A stretch of 64,000 nucleotides of DNA. Origin: Azolla caroliniana. Taxonomy: Eukaryota > Plantae > Polypodiophyta. Location: positions 10,912,001 through 10,976,000 of the forward strand of contig JBHGNT010000012.1 in NCBI GenBank assembly GCA_043228905.1, written 5' to 3'. Within the stretch, counting starts at the first letter, position 1. Every line of letters starts with the position of its first letter. Positions 59,360 to 64,000 of this stretch are shown here, piece after piece. The position numbers and the translations under genes were made by a program. The notes under the pieces are model-generated. The model had not been told where the DNA came from and ran no database searches. It worked only from the letters and a program-made list of their open reading frames with translations.

Positions 59360-62300
59360 TGAGGATATGAAGCAAGATAAACTGTTTGAGGGTGGCAGCT
59401 CCAGACCTGCACTCTCTTTCATCTTTATTATCTCTGTACTACATTCTCTCTCTTCCCAGATTCTTCTCTCTCTAGAATTTGCAACTCTTTAAATGCCTTC
59501 TCTCTCTAGAATCTGCAATGCGTTAAATGCCTTTTGTCTCTTCCACTTTTTCCAAGATATTCCCTTTTTTATTCCTAGTTTACTGTACCTGTTTGGTAGT
59601 ACAAGAGTCTCTTAATTACCAAACAACCATTCCCAATTTTGTATAAATAGGCTTATCTCAGCCTCTTTTGTAATGAGATTATTTTTTGCTGCTACTTACA
59701 AACAAGCACAACTCTTTGGCTGTGTCTCTACTCTTTGCAACCATTTTTTCTACTGCTGTCTAACAGCCTTCTCACAGCTTGGCTGTGTCTATTTTGCTCT
59801 AACTCTTCCGCTGTTGCTATTAACAGCTTTTCTCACATGGTATCAGAGTAGTAAGGTCTCCATATCCTCAGCCTGATTTTGTTTGCCAAAGAGCACACAG
59901 ACCTCTCTTCTTTTATCCCTCCCTCCCAACCCTATAGAGGAGGTTCTCTTAGCAGCCACCCGCCCAACCTACAGAGGAGGTTCTTTTTTTTTCTTTTCCC
60001 TTCATCTGAGCCTCACCTAGCATCTAGGGAGAAGTAGAAAGACCCTGAGCATCTACTTAGAACTGCTGTAAATTGTCCAGTTGTAGCTCAAGTGGAGGAT
60101 ATCCATGGCCTCACATGCCACCATTGTTTCATCAACCATTCCCCAACTCCCCAAAGAGTCCATCTTGGATGGGAACAATTACTTGGAATGAAGCTACAAA
60201 TAAAGACCTTGCTACAATACCATTGTTTATGGACTGTAGACAATGGTAGTGACAAGAAACCACCAGTAACTTCATCCTCTTCAACCAAATCAGTTGCTGG
60301 CTCATCTAACTCTAAGATTGAAGCTTGGCTAGATAAGGATTCTCGTGCTCATGCTTTCCTCATGTTTAATATTAAACCGAGCATCCCTCGTCAATTTCAA
60401 GATAGAGATGAAGAGACAGCCAATGAGCTATGGACAGCCATGAAAAAGAGGTATCATCAAGCTAATCATGCTCAAATGATAGCTATTGAGAGCCAACTAG
60501 CAAGTCTCAAGATTCATGACACTCCCAACATCATGGATCAAATAACGCAATTTGTTACTCTCCAAAAGGAACTAGTTTCTTTGGGAAGCAAGTCAACTGA
60601 AGTCGAGTTTGTGCATCATCTAATGATAAAGTTGCCGGAGTCATTCTCAGCTTTTTGTGACACAATTTCTCTTCTTCCCAACACACCTGATATGAATACA
60701 TTTCTTGGCATGCTACAAGACAGGGCAACACGGAAGAAAAGTGCTCAAACTTCCAATGAGATGCTTCTACATGCAAAAAGTAAAGGCAAGTGGAAGCAAA
60801 ATGGTAACTCCTACAACAAACCCAATCCAAGATCACCAAACAAGCCAGCCTACAAGGAGCTCACTTGTCATTATTGTGGCTACAAAGGTCACATTCAGCC
60901 TGATTGTCGGAAAAAGAAAAGGGACCATGCTAAGAATTCTTCTTCTACCAAAAATCAAGCTACACCGAAATCCAACTCAGCCCACTCAGCCAAAGAAACA
61001 GTTTTCCTTGGCATTGAGGAACATACTTCACATTTGGCTGGACCAACTACCTCGACCATTGATGAGTGGTTAGTAGATAGTGGTGCCACTTCACACATGA
61101 CCTATGACAAATCCATTTTGCATGATGTGAAGCCTAGCTCCTCCCAAATCTCCATAGGAGATGCCTCAAGCATTGAGGCTTCATGTGTGGGCAATGTGTT
61201 TCTTAACCATTCTTCAAATGAAGAACCTGTCATTCTTCAAGATGTGTTACATGTGCCTCGCATCTCTGCCAACCTACTTTCAGTCTACCAAATCATTAAG
61301 CAAGGTTATGGAGTCTACTTTGATAGCTCAGTTTTGGAAGTGATTGACACCAACAGCCTACAAATTGTAGCTAGTGGCACACAAGAAGGGGGTTTATACA
61401 GCCTAAAAAGCTCCCATAGCCCCTTGGAAAACTCCAAATCTCATCTTCTTCAAGGCTCTCATGCATTGGTGGCACAAGAAGATCCCTCGTTGTGGCATGC
61501 TAGGTTTGGTCATCTCAACTATGATTCTCTTCAAAAGCTATCCTCTTCCCAACTAGTTGAGGGTCTTCCTATTTTCAAATCTCCCAATACCCCATGTGTT
61601 GCTTGTCTTCCTGGCAAGCAACATCGAGAGCCTTTCCCTCATGAAGCCACTCACTGGGCAACATCTATCTTGGAGTTAGTGCACATGGATCTTTGTGGTC
61701 CCATGAAAACCACTACTCTTGGTGGTGCACGCTACTTCATGCTTATAATTGATGACTTCTCCCGCAAGGTTTGGGTTTATTTTCTTGTAGAAAAATCCCA
61801 AGCCTTCGCAAAATTTCAAGAATGGGTAGCTCTCGTGGAGAATGAGACATCCAAGAAAGTTCGAAAGATCAGGTCGGACAATGGTGGAGAGTTTATCTCC
61901 CAAGCTTTCCACCATTTCTGCTCTCAACGAGGCATTGCTCGCCAATTTTCTACACCCAATACTCCTCAACAAAATGGAGTCGTGGAACGGAAGGACCGGA
62001 CAGTCCAAGAGATGGCTCGTACAATGCTATCTCAATCTGATCTTCCTCTCTCGTTTTGGGGTGAAGCTGTCAACACAGCAGTTTACATCATCAACTGCTG
62101 CCCAACAAAAGCAGTTGCTAGAATGACGCCTGAAGAAGCATTTACAGGTGTAAAGCCCTCAGTATCTCATTTTAAAGTCTTTGGTTGTGATGCTGATGTT
62201 CACATTTTAGATCATAAAAGGACGAAATTTGAGTCTAAAACCAAGAAATGCAAATTTCTTGGTTACAGCACAATCTAAAGCATACAGGTTATGGGATTTA

Positions 62301-64000
62301 GAGTCAAAGTCCCTAGTCATCTCTAGGGATGTTCATTTTGTAGAGTCTCAATCGGATGATTCTAGGATTTCACCTGAGTTCATGGTTGAAATCCCAGCTC
62401 CTCCGAAATCTCCTATTTTAGACAAAGATGTCTCATCTTCAAGCCCCCCATCTCCTCCTACTCAATCTCTAACTTCGTCGACAATTCAATCCTCTCCCTC
62501 AACTCCACTTGTTTCCCCTCCCTCTACAAACCAGCTTCCACCACTTCCCAAGTGGCTTCAAGCCACCATTCGTGATTCTCATCTCTCCGATGCTGAACTT
62601 CATGAGTATACATCTGGTTCTCGAACACGTAAGTCACAACAGCCTCTTCACTCGTGCAACTTTGCCTTATTGTGCATTGTTGTGCAATCAAAAGAACCCA
62701 CAACAGCAACAAAGGCCCTTGTTTTTCCAAAGTGGAAAGCAGCAATGGAAGTTGAACTTGATTCCATTGAGCGGAATCATACATGGGAGCTGGTCCCACG
62801 GCCTCCACATCGACAAGTCATTGGACTGAAATGGATTTTCAAGACCAAATACCATGCTGATGGTACTTTGGATAAGCACAAGGCACGTTTAGTGGCAAAA
62901 GGCTACTCACAAGTCGAAGGAGTGGATTACGAGGAAACTTTTGCTCCAACAGCAAGGTACACCTCTATCCGATGTGCGCTTGCACTTGCTGCTCACAACA
63001 AATGGCCCATTTTTCAAATGGATGTCAAGTCAGCCTTCCTTAATGGTGACTTGAAAGAGGAGGTCTATGTTGAACAGCCTCCAAGTTTCGAGATTTTAGA
63101 GCAAAAAAACATGGTCTACAGGTTACACAAAGCCTTGTATGGCTTAAAGCAAGCTCCCAAAGCTTGGCATGACAAAATTGATAGCTTCTCTCTCTCTTGG
63201 GTTTCAAAACTGTAATGCTGACAGCAATCTCTATGTTTTTTCCCAAGATAATTTGCTTTGCTTGATCATATTATATGTTGACGACCTTCTAATTACAGGG
63301 TCCCTTGCATCTAAAATCGAGGAGGTCCGTGCTAACCTCAAAACAACCTTTGAAATGACTGATCTAGGACTTCTCCATTATTTCATAGATATGGAGGTCT
63401 ATCAATCACATGGTGGTATCTTTCTTAGCCAACATAGGTATCTCAAGCAGCTCCTTGAGACCTATAGCATGACAAATCTCCTGTCCAATGGATTCAAACT
63501 CAAAGCTATCTCGTGAAGACGATTCTCCCATATTTGAGGATATCACAAAATATAGGAGGTTAATTGGGTCCCTTCTTCACTTAACTTATACCAGGCCTGA
63601 TTTGTCCTATAGCGTGAGTATTCTCAGCCAATTCTCAACTGCTCCAAGACAAAGTCATTGGCAAGCAGCTATTCGAGTTCTTCGGTATTTGGCCAACACA
63701 CTCGACTATGGTTTGTCTTTTAGAGGCGGCATTGAGCTTGTTGGCTACTCAGATGCTGATTGGGCAGGTGATATTGATTCTAGACGGTCCACATCTGGCT
63801 ATTGTTTTATGTTAGGTTCAGGCTTGATTTCTTGGAAATCGAAGAAGCAAAACTCAATTTCTACTTCATCGACGGAAGCTGAATATCGCGCCTACTTGGA
63901 TACTTGTTGTGAGTTGCTATGGTTGATGCAATTGTTTTCTCACATTGGTGTTTTGCAAGACTCTCCTATTGCAGTTTTCACCGACAGCCAAAGTGCACGT
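59360..64000 (+). mobile_element. Element J: Ty1/copia LTR retrotransposon (5' LTR ~59360-59835, tRNA-iMet PBS 59838-59848), running past the window end
   Basis: TGAG...CTCA ends; TATAAAT at 59642; PBS TGGTATCAGAG; full gag-PR-IN-RT-RH domain order. Confidence 0.93.
60105..64000 (+). pseudogene. gag-pol polyprotein of element J with frameshifts (~60190, 62275, 63195, 63480)
   Basis: [77 protein letters not shown] and SSTEAEY. Confidence 0.93.

Overview
This is a 64-kb nest of transposable elements from a land-plant genome. Tcn1-like chromoviruses and heavy CG/CHG decay suggest a fern or other non-seed plant (inference). No intact host gene is evident. Most of the window is nested Ty3/gypsy and Ty1/copia LTR retrotransposons, labelled A-K here, several with readable LTRs and target-site duplications (TSDs). 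The standout is a two-gene TIR DNA transposon present in two copies: a full-length copy at 33468-42383 (36-bp TIRs, 4-bp TSD CTCT) and a truncated copy at 16856-24303. It encodes a Sola1-like DDD transposase and, divergently, a six-exon spliceosomal gene for a ParB-like domain fused to a bacterial-type beta-class N4C/N6A DNA methyltransferase. Intron 1 of that gene holds nine CpG-rich palindromes at a 51-bp period. Other signals are Tf1-type self-priming with compensatory changes in two chromovirus families, heat-shock elements in an LTR, and antisense tRNA-like A/B-box cassettes in three LTR families. All alignments, translations and counts were done by eye; no database searches were run.
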